DNA from: Candidatus Latescibacterota bacterium
Lineage (GTDB): Bacteria; Latescibacterota; UBA2968; UBA8231
Direction of reading: 5' to 3'
DNA: 64,000 nt
NCBI GenBank assembly: GCA_965248265.1
Contig: CBDFJF010000001.1
Span: forward strand, 1,152,001-1,216,000
Below are positions 27,613-38,773 of the stretch, piece by piece (positions within the stretch are counted from its first letter, which is position 1; each line of letters begins with the position of its first letter). Position numbers and translations under genes: made by a program. Under the pieces are notes generated by a model that saw only the letters and a program-made list of their open reading frames with translations, made no database searches and was not told the origin of the DNA.

Positions 27613-28317
27613 CTACACAAACTTCTCCCGCTTCTGCAACCGCAACAGACCCAACAGCGTCGTCACCACCGCTCCGATGATCAGGTAAACACGGTTGTAG
27701 AAAACGGCAGCCTCCAGCGCCAGATTCTCGTAGCCGTCTACTTGTTCAAAAGGATTGATGTACAGATCCCAGCGAGTGCCGTCTGTGGTTTCAGTCAGCA
27801 TCCAGCAAATGAGAACCGCGATCAGTAGAACCGCGGCCGCGCCGTTGCCATTGCGGATCGTCGTCGCCAGCATGAAACCGACACTGCTCAGAAACGCGAT
27901 CGGAAACATCAGGTGGATGACCATCGCCGCTATCGAAAAGTCGGATAGTGCCGCCTCGCACAGGATCGCCAAAAGCAGCAGCAGCAGGGCGATCACCAGA
28001 TGCTGTACCAGGTGGCGCGCCAGCCAGACTTTGTAACGGTAGTTCGGAATCCCGAACAGGGTCTCCAACATGCGGCCATCCACCTCGCTTTGCACGCTGT
28101 ACGCCGACGGATAAAAGGCCAGCAGAACACCGGGCACCAGCAGGAAGTAATAGATCGACTGCGCGTTCGGCGGCACCTCCTCCTGCACCGTGTGCACGAT
28201 GACGACGATGCAGAACGTGAGCAGAGCCAGCAGCAGGAAATAGATGAACTTGCCAGCGAACACCTGGTTGGCGCTGTAGCGCGTAAAGGCGGTCATGCTG
28301 CGGAGCGTACCCCACAT
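27613..28317 (-). CDS. ABC-2-type transporter permease
   Basis: About six TM segments; EVDGRMLETLFG resembles the ExxxGTxE motif; last gene of the export operon. Confidence 0.7.
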   Translation of the reverse strand: MWGTLRSMTAFTRYSANQVFAGKFIYFLLLALLTFCIVVIVHTVQEEVPPNAQSIYYFLLVPGVLLAFYPSAYSVQSEVDGRMLETLFGIPNYRYKVWLARHLVQHLVIALLLLLLAILCEAALSDFSIAAMVIHLMFPIAFLSSVGFMLATTIRNGNGAAAVLLIAVLICWMLTETTDGTRWDLYINPFEQVDGYENLALEAAVFYNRVYLIIGAVVTTLLGLLRLQKREKFV

Positions 28318-28319
28318 GA

Positions 28320-31300
28320 TCAGCCGACCTCCTTGTCGAGCAACCACAGGTAAGAGTCTTCCAGCGTCGGCGTCACCGCCTCGGCTTCGCTCATCGGTTG
28401 GGACGCGGCCAGCAAGCGCACCCGAATGGAGTCTCCATCACGCATGTGGTGGACGATGCGGGCATGCTGACGAAGCTCCTCGAAGCGGGGTTCGCTGACA
28501 TGCGCCTGCCACACCGCGCCGCGGGTCAGCTCCACCATCTCCTGGGGCGTGCCGTGAAAGCGGACTTCGCCGTCTCCCAAGACAGCCAGACGGTTACAGG
28601 AACTCGAGATGTCTTCGATGATGTGGGTGGAGAAAATTACCGCGCGGTCGCGCCCCAACTGGGCAAGCAGATTGCGGAAGCGGATGCGTTCCCGGGGATC
28701 CAATCCGGCCGTAGGCTCGTCCACGAGGAGGATCCGCGGTAACTGCAGTAACGTCTGTGCAATCCCGACACGCTGCTTCATGCCGCCGGAAAACCCGCCG
28801 ATCTTGGTGTCGGCACTGTTGTCCAGGTGCACGGAGCTCAACGCTTCACTCAGCACGCGATGACGCTCTTCGGTGTCCCACTTGCCTTTGAGCAGCGCCT
28901 GGTAGTCTAAAAATTGACGCGCCGTCATGCTCTCGTAGGTGCCGAATTCCTGCGGCAGGTAGCCGATCAATGCCTGTAACTCCTCACGTCGTTCGCTGAG
29001 GTCAATATCATTGACCCGTACCTTGCCCAGGCTTTGATCAAGAATGCCGCAGATGATCCGCATCAACGTGGTCTTGCCGGCGCCATTGGGGCCGATCAAT
29101 CCGAACATGCCGCTTTCGATCTCGAGGGAAACACCTCTCAATGCGACAAACGGTTTCTTGCGTTTGCCGATGACGGGTATCGCCCGCACCATCAGATAAA
29201 AGGCTCTGCGACTACGGCGGAAGCGTCCGGTGATGGCGTCAACGTTGACGCGGCCGCTGTGCAGCCGTCGTGCTCCGCGGTTGATCGCAGCGGCGCCGTA
29301 CCAGAGCCCTCCGACCGTGGCCACGGGAGCCGTTTCATCCCACATCGAATAGAACCAGTAGAGGTTTGGCGCCGGTAGCAGCCAGTAACACAAATGATAG
29401 ACGAAACGAATGGAACGTCGGACGAAACCACCAGCTGTCGGCAGCCATGCCCACGCCAAGTTGAGCACGTGGGCGTGGAATGCGACTGAGAATACGGTGA
29501 TCCAGAAGCCGCTCTGCTGATAGAAGTACGTGAGATAGCAGTGGAAGGCGAGCAACGGCAAGCGCCATACCAAGGACGCCCAGCGCCCACCGCTATCGCC
29601 GTACTTTCCTGGATGATGCTGTTCCTGGCGAGTCCCGCGTCCCCATTGTCGCGCGAAACGGGAAGAGGCATCGTACACCTTGACGACGTTACGAATCGAA
29701 ATACTCAGCGCGACTCCCGCAGGAATGGGATCGGCGCGGCTGTGTCGAAGACTCGTCTGCACGAACCAGGTCAGCCCCGGAACCAGGCCCAGGACCGTGG
29801 CACCCGCGGCGACCTGCCAGAGGACGGAATCCGTGTTGTAATGAATCAGCAACGCCCCAGCGACCAGTGCCGCTATCTGGACGATTTTGATCCTCCAACT
29901 CAGCTGCCGCAGCCAGACCGCGGTCGTAGCGAGTCCGAAGTAGACGGTTGGCACCAACACCAGAGTGAAAACGGTACCCGTGACCAGACCACCAATCACG
30001 GCCGTTGCGAACGGAGCCCCTATCTGCGCGACGTACTCGGCGTTGCCCATGGCCAGAGGCAGCATGGCCAGGATCGTCGACAGCGCCGTGATCAGGATCG
30101 GGCGCACCCTGACCTGCCCCGCCGCCAGTAGTGCCCTACCGAGGCGATATCCCTGGCGTTGCAACAATCGAGCGTAGTCAATCAGTATGATACCATTGTT
30201 GACGACGACGCCCAGCAGAATCAGAAAGCCGACCAGTGCGTTGGCGTTGTAGATGGAGTCACCGGTCAGAATCAAACCCCACAAGGCACCGGTGGCGGCC
30301 AGGGGCAAGGTGATCATCATCGACAGAGGCGCCACAAGCGATTCGAACACCGAGGCCAGAATCATGTAGATGAGCAGAATCGTGGCCCCGATCAGGAAAT
30401 AGAAATCAGCCAGGTCGGTTTCGTCGTGTTCCACCTCCAGTGACATGCCCGCAGGCACATAAAAATCCTCGGCCAGTCTGTCCACGGCCGCACGCGTCTC
30501 ATCCAACAGCTCTTTGGAGCCCGTGACGTCATGGTCGAATCGATAGTTTATCTCGACCTCTTTCTGTTGATTCACGCGGTTGACCTGCCCATAGCCGAAT
30601 TCGTAATGCAGGTCGGCCACATGCATCAACGGCACGGTTCCTCCCGACTCCGTGTTGATTTGCAGCTGGCGCAGATCGTCCACCTGCCGGGGCGGGTGCC
30701 CGGTACTCGACAGCACCACGTCGATTTCATCCGTGCCACGCTTCAGTCTCGCCCGTGATGAGAGCTGGCTCTGGAAGTCGGACAACCCTGAGGCTATGGC
30801 CTCAGGCGCCACCCCGAAATAGGCCGTCGCCGCCTTGTCGACGGCCAGAGCGATCTCCGGTTGTCCTTTTGAGACTCCGGGATTGGCGTGAACGACCCCG
30901 GGCAGGCGCTCGAGATTGTAGCGAATGTCATCAGCCACCGTGAGCATCATCTCAAGGTCATTGCCCCGAAGGATGAGACGCTCAGCTCCCTGTCCAATTC
31001 CCAGCAGTCGCTGGAAAGCCCGGCTGGCGCCAGCGTTGCCACCTCCCTGGTACCGACCCGTACTGGGTTGGTCCGATGAGAAATTCAGGTGCGGAAAAGT
31101 GTCGCGCAGCCGCTTGCTGACGTCCCACCTGATCGTCGCCAAATTACGTCTCGCGATGTCGTAGAACCCCTCCTTCAACTCAAAGGATAGATGCAGATCG
31201 TCAGCCTCGATGTCGAATTGACGCTCCTCTAACTCCTCTATGTCGGCCACCCGGGCATCGATCTGTTGGGCCTGCCGGTCCGCTAACGCCAGGGTGGTAC

Positions 31301-32999
31301 CAGCAGGCAGCGTTGCGTACAGGTCGAAGGTCTTTAACTCCACCTCCTCGGAACTGTCGATGCTCAATGCCAGACTCAAAACCATGCTGAAAAACAGCGC
31401 CGTGACGGCGACGACGACGGTCCGCGCCGGGAAGCGCATGCAGGACTTGAGCAACAACGAATAGATCTGCATCAGACGGTTTCGCTGGGATACCGTATTG
31501 AAGGTTTGGTCACCGGCACCACGTCTGGCAAACAGGCGGTGGGTGAAAACGGGGATCAGCAGCAGGGCGACCACCAGAGACACCAGCAGCGTCGAAATAA
31601 TCGAAACCCCGACCTGCCGCCCCAGTATGCGCACGAGAAAGTTCTCCGAGAACACGAAAGGGAGAAACACGCACACGGTCGTCAACGTCGCCGCTGCCAC
31701 GGCCCGCCAAACCTGAGATACTCCCTTTACCACCGCCTCGTGTACCGGGCCACCGCGAGCCACCTGCCGGTAGATGCTCTCCAGCACCACGATGCTGTTG
31801 TCCAGCAGCATGCCGACGGCGATAGCGATACCGACCATAGACAGCGTGTTCAGGGTTACATCGAGCGCGTAAAGCAAATTCATTGCGATCAACACCGAAA
31901 TCGGCACCGCCGCCGCCACGATGGCCACCAGAGACAGATTGCGCAGAAACACCCACAACACGCCGACAGCCAGCAACGCCCCAACCACGGCCAGCGACTT
32001 GATGTCGCCGATATTGTCTTCGATCACTTCGGCCGAATCTTGCTGGATCACCAGCTCAACGCCGTCGGCCTCCAGCGACTGGTTCAACCTTGCAATCGTC
32101 TCGCGCGCTGATTTGGCCAGCGCCAGCAGGTTGGCTTCCCGGTCGCTGACCAGAGAAATGGATACCGCTTCCATGCCGTTGACCCGGGAGATACTCTCGC
32201 CAATGGCAGTACCGTCGAAGATGGTCGCGATCTGCCCCAGGCGCAGTCCGTCCTCGGGCCGGATGATGGTTTCTTCGAGCTCCTCAAGGGAATCGAAGTC
32301 GCTGACCAGGTTGACGAAGAACCGTTGCCGGCCGTCGTAGGCCTCGCCCAAGTATTTTCGCTGCGCAGATGCCTGTTGGATTCGGTCGTTCACCGAGGAC
32401 AGCGTCAGTCCGTAGCTGTGCATGACGTCCTCGTTCAGCACAACCTCGACCAGTTGCTTGCGCCCGCCGTAGATGACGACATTGGCCATACCGTCCAGCC
32501 GCTCCAACTCAGGGACGACCCTTTCATCCAGCACGTGGCGAATTTGATCCAATGTCCCGACGCCGCGCGCATCCAGCGACATGAAGCGGGTCGCCATCTG
32601 CTCGGTATCGATCTTGAACACCATCACGAAGAACTCATCGCTCAGATCGGCTCGCGCCGCCGCCACGCGTTCCTGCAACTTGAGAAAGGCATACTTCTGA
32701 TTGCTGTCGCGCGTGTAGTAGACGAACAGCATGGCTGACTGCTGTTCTATGTAAGACTCGATCCGTTCAATTCCTTCCAAACCCGCTATGGCGCTTTCCA
32801 GGGGGATTACCGCTTGACGTTCCAGGTATTGCGGATCTGATTCCTGCTGGGTCTGTTGTACCCGCACAGTCAGCATGGGTAGTTCAGCGAAGGGAATGAG
32901 CTCGACGGGCAGTCGCTGGTAGGAAATAACCCCGAGTATGCTTGCCCCGATCAGGAGCATGCACACCATCACGGGTCTTCGCAGGAAGAAGGCGATCAA
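28320..32999 (-). CDS. RND efflux permease (AcrB/AcrD/AcrF family) fused to a C-terminal ABC ATPase
   Basis: RND motifs [30 protein letters not shown]; NBD motifs [24 protein letters not shown], STH in one 1559-aa ORF. Confidence 0.9.
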   Translation of the reverse strand: [1559 protein letters not shown]

Positions 33000-33012
33000 G
33001 GAGATCTCTCGG

Positions 33013-36000
33013 TCACGCGGGGGTCACCCGCAGGCGGTCGACGCGGGCCAGCAGATGGTAGACACAGGGAATCACCACCAGGGATAGAGCGGTGGAGGTC
33101 ACCAGGCCACCGATCACGGCGATGGCCATCGGAGCACGCAGGGCCGCACCCTCTCCGGCGCCGATTGCCAGAGGCAGCAGGGCGAGCATCGTCGTCACAC
33201 TCGTCATCACGATTGGCCGGATTCGCGTCTGTCCGGCGTTGATGATCGCCTCCCTGAGTTCCTGACCGCCACGTCGGTTCTGGTTGATACGATCGACGAG
33301 TATGATCGAGTCATTGACGGAGATTCCCGTCAGCATGATGATACCGATGAAGGACATCACATTGAGCGGCATCGACAACGCCATCAACAGAACCACGGCG
33401 CCGACCCCGGCCAGGGGGATCGTCAGTAGAATCACGAAGGGATGGACCAGCGATTCGAACTGAGCCGCCATCACCATGTAGACCATGACCACGGCCAGCA
33501 ACAACGCGAAGCGCAGACTCTCGAAGGCTTCCTGCCGCAGCTGTTCCTCCCCCGTGACAGAAAAATTGTACTCCGGAGGCCACGGTATCGCCACCAGCTC
33601 GGCCCGGACCCGTGCCACCACCCGGTCAAATGGAAGCCCGGAATCCTCCACCTCGGCACTCACCGTGGTTGTGCGTACTTGGTCGTTTCGGGTAATCGCC
33701 CTCGGTGACACGGTCGGAACCAGGCTGGCCACCTCATCCAATCGCACCTTTCGACCTTCCGGACCTTCCAGCATCACGTTCTCGAGATCCTGAACCGCCA
33801 ATCGCGGCCGCCGAATCATGATATCCGTGTACTCGCCCTGTTGTTGGAGTTGCCCCGCTTCACGGCCGGAGAGCAGGTGTTCGAGCTGGGTGCCGATGTC
33901 GTCGATCTCCATCGAGTGCTGCGCCGCCCGTATGCGGTCGATCTCGACGTCGATCTGCGGGCGACCCTGTCCCGCCGTGGTCTCGACGTTGGTGAGCTCG
34001 CTCATCGACGCCAGGCGCTCCTGCACCTGCGCGGCCAGTCGTGTCAGCACCGGGAGCTCTTTGCCCTTGATCTCGATCACCAAGGGCGCCGATGTGCGCC
34101 CGAGGCTGATTTCGAGAGCCGTCTCCTGTTGTGCGAACTGGGCCTCTATATCCGGCAACCCTGCCAGTTCCGTGCCCAGGGCCGAAATCAGATCGGCGGC
34201 TGAGAGTTTACCCTCGGGTGAGAACAGGATGTGGATGACCGCAGTGCTTTCGTCGGCCAGGACTTCCAGTGCGTCTCCCGCGCTCGCGGTACCCGTAGGG
34301 CCGACCCGCGAGTACACATGGGAGAGGTGATCGGCGAAGTTGTGCAGCAGAAAGGCTTCCAGGTTGCGCACCACGCCTTCGGTGCGCTCAAGGTGTGTGC
34401 CCTCCGGCAGTGATAACTCGACGGTAACTTCGCCACGTCCCGCTCGTGGCATGAACTCGCTGCCCAACCTTGAAAGCGATGCCGCCGTGACACCGATCAT
34501 GACGAGGGTGGCGAGAACGACCAGTCCCTTGCGGGCGATGAGCGATCCGAGCAGTCCGGCGTAGCGTGGAAAACGGATTGCACTACTGACTGGTGGTGCC
34601 CCTGCCGTTTTCAACAATCGTGTACATAGCATTGGCAAAACCGCGAGCGCCACGAACAGCGAGGAAACGAGCGAAAAGGCTACCGTCCATGCCTGCTCAC
34701 GGAACAACTCACCGGCAGCGCCGTGCAGGTAGACGATCGGCAGAAAAACGATGATCGTTGTCAGCGTCGAACTGGTAATTGCACCGCCGACTTCGGCGGT
34801 GCCCTCAATCGCCGCTTCCGTCAGCGACGAACCCCCTTCCAGCTTTCTGAAGATGCTCTCGACCACAACGATGGCGTTATCGACCAGCATGCCGGCCCCC
34901 AGTGCGAGCCCGCCCAGCGTCATCAGGTTAAGAGACAGATCGCCGAAGTACATCAAATTGAAGGTGGCGACGATGGAAATCGGAATGCCGATGCTGACGA
35001 CGGCCGTCAGCCCGATCCGACGCAGGAACACGAAGAGAACGAGGACCGCCAGAGCGATGCCGATCAGTCCGGTCTGCTCCACCTCGGTAACGGCTGCCTC
35101 GATGAAGCGTGCCTGGTCCTGCACAATTTCGATCTCGTACCCCGGGAGCGTGTGCCGCAGAATCTCGAGGTGTTCGTGAATACTCTCGGCAGCGTCAATC
35201 GTGTTGTGCCGCGCCTCCTTGTAGATCTCCAGGCCGATGCAGCGCCGGCCGTCCAGGCGCACCATGTTTTCCGGTTCGCTCAGCGTCACCCGAACCTGGG
35301 CTACTTCACGCAGGGAGACGGGCACCATCTGCTCTGCGGATGCCTGATCAGATGACGACTGATCGGATGACGGCGACTGATCTTGGCCCGGCCGCAGTGG
35401 CGTCTCCGGCGTCTTCTGCATCACTATCAGGTCGTTCAACTCATCCGCCGACGTCAGCTCTCCAACACCCTTGATCACGTAGCGGCGCCCCATCTCGACG
35501 ATGGAGCCACCGGTCATGTTGCGGTTGGCGCCCTCGATCGTCGACTTCAATTGCTCCACGGTGAGGCCGTAGGCCTCCAGGCTGTAGGCGTCGGCCAGGA
35601 CCTCCACCTCGCGCCGTCGCTCACCGACGAGCTCGACAGCGGCGACACCCGGCAGGCGGATCAACTCGGTGCGGACGATGCCCTCGGCCGTCTGCCGGAG
35701 CGCATCCAGGTCCGTTACTTCTGGATGATAGAGGGCCGCCACTACCACCGGTACGGCATTGGGGTCATGCTGGCTGACGGTCACCTCGTCGAGATCTTCC
35801 TGACGCTGTGACTGATCCGCCATCGTCTTCTGCAGATCCAGAAAGGCCTCATCCATGTCGACACGGCCCCAACCGTACTCGACCGTGATCAATGCCCGTC
35901 CGGTCTGGACTACTGTACTAACACCGGCCACGCCTCGGCCGCGGACCGCCGCTGACTCCAGTTGAGTGACGAACTGCCGCTCCATCTCTTCCGGTGGACG

Positions 36001-36162
36001 GTCGCCTGCCTTGACTTCGACAAACAGGCGCGGGTTCTGCAGATCGGGAAACAGGTCCATGCCGAGACGCTCGAAGGAGAGGTATCCCAGCAGCAGAATC
36101 GCCAGGATCAGCATCAGCACCGTGGTCGGGTAGCGGACCGAAAATCGCGGCAGCGAACGCAT
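33013..36162 (-). CDS. RND efflux permease (AcrB/AcrD/AcrF family)
   Basis: 1049 aa; [30 protein letters not shown]. Confidence 0.93.
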   Translation of the reverse strand: [1049 protein letters not shown]

Positions 36163-36164
36163 GA

Positions 36165-37244
36165 TCAGCGCGCGCCTCCGGCCGCTACGTTGGTGATCTT
36201 CACCTTCGAGCGGTTGCGCAGGGTCTCGAAGCCCTCGACCACCAGTTGCTCCTCGACCTCCAGGCCACTGAGCACCTCGATCTCGAAGCGGTTGCTCAGT
36301 CCGGTCTCCAGGCTGCGCTCTATAGCAATCCCCTTGTCCACGACGAATGCGTACTTGGTCTCTCCCCGGTCGATGATGACCTCCTTGGGGATGACGAGGG
36401 CTGAATCCTTCGACGCCACCACCACATCGACCCGCATGAACATGCCCGGACGAATGGCGAGCGAGTCGTTGGCAATGCTCAAGGTCGCCTTGAACATGCG
36501 GCTCTCCGTATCCAGAACCGGTGATACCTGCGTCACCTGCCCGCGCAAGGTGTCTACTTCAGCGTTGCCGTAGTGGGTGGCCAGTACCTCCTGACCTGGC
36601 ACGATCCTGTCGATCTCCTTCCCAGGCAGGGAGACCTCGGCGTAGAGGATGGCGTAGTCCATGATCTGTCCCACGACAGCCCCGGTCTCCAACAACTGGT
36701 TCGGGCTGTAGTGCTCAACATCGACCAGGACGCCGTCGAATGGTGCCCGGACCTCCAGCTTGACCAGCTGCAGCTGAGCGTTCTCCAGGGCGTAGCGCGC
36801 ATCGATAAAGGCCCGCTCCGCCTCGGTGAGCTCGCGCAGGGTTATGCCGCCCTTGTCGAACAGGGCCTGTTGCTTCTCGTATTCACGCTGGGCCGAGGTG
36901 AAGGCAAGCTTCTTCGAGTCCATGCCGGCCTGATTCACCAGTTCCGGGTTGTCGAGCCGGACGATGAGCTCATTCTCGAATACATCGTCCCCCATCTCAA
37001 AGGGCTTTTCGGTGCGCGGATTGTCCTGTAGCCTGTACCAACCGGCCTGCAGACAGTGCAGGTTGCCTTCGCGCTGCGCCCGAGCCGTTCCCGTGGCCGT
37101 TACATACTCGGCAATCGGCCATTGCGCCACCTTCTCGACGCGCACCGGGATGGCGGATTCGACGTCTATCTGAGGTCCTTCGTCGTCGCAGCTCCAAAAA
37201 GCGGCGAGTGCGAGAACGGCAACTGATCTGGGCAAACACTTCAT
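36165..37244 (-). CDS. RND periplasmic adaptor (MFP) lipoprotein
   Basis: Lipobox FWSC, VRAPFDG, IRPGMF, IEVLSGL. Confidence 0.92.
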   Translation of the reverse strand: MKCLPRSVAVLALAAFWSCDDEGPQIDVESAIPVRVEKVAQWPIAEYVTATGTARAQREGNLHCLQAGWYRLQDNPRTEKPFEMGDDVFENELIVRLDNPELVNQAGMDSKKLAFTSAQREYEKQQALFDKGGITLRELTEAERAFIDARYALENAQLQLVKLEVRAPFDGVLVDVEHYSPNQLLETGAVVGQIMDYAILYAEVSLPGKEIDRIVPGQEVLATHYGNAEVDTLRGQVTQVSPVLDTESRMFKATLSIANDSLAIRPGMFMRVDVVVASKDSALVIPKEVIIDRGETKYAFVVDKGIAIERSLETGLSNRFEIEVLSGLEVEEQLVVEGFETLRNRSKVKITNVAAGGAR

Positions 37245-38773
37245 CGTGCACTCTCCTGATATTGCAGGTCCTTAACGGGCTCGTAGCTGACGAAGTCGTA
37301 GAGTGTGTGGATTTTCAGATCCAGCAGGGCGAGGCGGTAGTTGATCAATACCCCCACCTCGTTGATCTGCTCACGCGACAACTGGGTTTGGTAGTCGGCG
37401 ATGTCCTTCGACGACAGATCACCGTTGCGATACCGTTCCAGATTGATCTCGTAGGTCAGGCGGGCGTTGACGACGTTCTTCTCTGCAATTTCGATCTGCG
37501 TTTTCTGGGTCGACAGATTTCGATGAGCCTGGCGAATGTCGGCGGTGATGCGCTTGCGCTCCTCTGAGGCCGAAAGCTCGGTGCGGTAGACCGACTCCTG
37601 GGCTGAGGCCATGCGGTGCTGCTTCTCTCCCCAGTCGAAAAGCGGAATGTTGAAGGTCAGTGTCAGTCGCTGATTTCGCGATGGGTCATCATAGGTTCGG
37701 CCCAGCTCTTTGTCGGTGCCAGTGAGACCGAAGGTGAGATCGACAGAACCCTCGAACTCGTTCTGGGCGTCCGTCGTCACCAACGCCTGCATGGCGTCCT
37801 GGATGGCGATATCCTGCTGCCGCAGTTCCATGCGGTTCGTCAGCCCGTAATGGATCGCCTGCCGCAGATCCACCGCGACGAGCTCTTTTCGAATGACGGC
37901 ATCGACCGACAGGTCCTCATCCAGGGACATGCCCAGCAACATCTTGAACTCGTCGAGGGCATTGGCATACTCGAGTTGCACATTCTGCAGGTTGCCGGCC
38001 GCGTTTGCCCGTGTCAGATCCGCCTGCAACAGGTGCTCGCGCGCCGTGATCCCGGCCTTGACCTTGCTGTCGATGATCTCGTAACGCTCGCTGGCGTTTC
38101 TCAATTCCTCTTTGACGATCTCGACATTTCGCTGCTTCAGATAGAGGTCCAAAAACCTGCGGGTGACCTGGCTCTCGATCTGCAACCGCTGAATGGCGTG
38201 ACTTAACTGGGCGCTCTCAAGGGCGAGCTCGAGTCGTTCGAGATTGAGCTTGGTGCGATTGTAGGTGAACAACGGCTGGGAATAACTCAGCAGCAGCTGA
38301 TTGCTGTAGGTCTGCCGAGTCCCTCCGCCCGCGAACGCACTGGAAGCTTCACGCCAATCGAGAGATTGGATTATGCTCAGTGTTCCGTCCGTCAACTCGA
38401 CCGGTTGCTGAATGGCGAAGCGAACCCCAAGGTGCGTCTGCTCCTGGGTGTTGTACTGTGACGTCAGGTCACTGAACACGCGGTCCTTGGTGAACTCGTA
38501 GGGTGTCACACTCAGACCGAACCGCGACTTGAGGGCCGCCCGTTGCGCCTGCAGGTTGCGGCGATTGATCTCCAGGTTGTGACGCACGTCCTGCATCGCC
38601 GGGCTGCGGTCGAAGGCTATGGTCAGGGCCCGTTCGAGTACCAGTTCCTCGCTCACGGCCTGAGACGCTGCGAGCACGGCCGAAGCCCCAAGAGCCAACC
38701 ACGTGCCCTGCAGTTGATCTCGCAGTCGATCTCTTCGTCGAGCCTGTTTCTCAATCATAGTTTCTCCACCCAT
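37241..38773 (-). CDS. TolC family outer membrane protein
   Basis: YSQPLF and FNIPLFDWG strands, RYRNG, coiled helices; start may be ATG 38758. Confidence 0.9.
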   Translation of the reverse strand: MGGETMIEKQARRRDRLRDQLQGTWLALGASAVLAASQAVSEELVLERALTIAFDRSPAMQDVRHNLEINRRNLQAQRAALKSRFGLSVTPYEFTKDRVFSDLTSQYNTQEQTHLGVRFAIQQPVELTDGTLSIIQSLDWREASSAFAGGGTRQTYSNQLLLSYSQPLFTYNRTKLNLERLELALESAQLSHAIQRLQIESQVTRRFLDLYLKQRNVEIVKEELRNASERYEIIDSKVKAGITAREHLLQADLTRANAAGNLQNVQLEYANALDEFKMLLGMSLDEDLSVDAVIRKELVAVDLRQAIHYGLTNRMELRQQDIAIQDAMQALVTTDAQNEFEGSVDLTFGLTGTDKELGRTYDDPSRNQRLTLTFNIPLFDWGEKQHRMASAQESVYRTELSASEERKRITADIRQAHRNLSTQKTQIEIAEKNVVNARLTYEINLERYRNGDLSSKDIADYQTQLSREQINEVGVLINYRLALLDLKIHTLYDFVSYEPVKDLQYQESAR

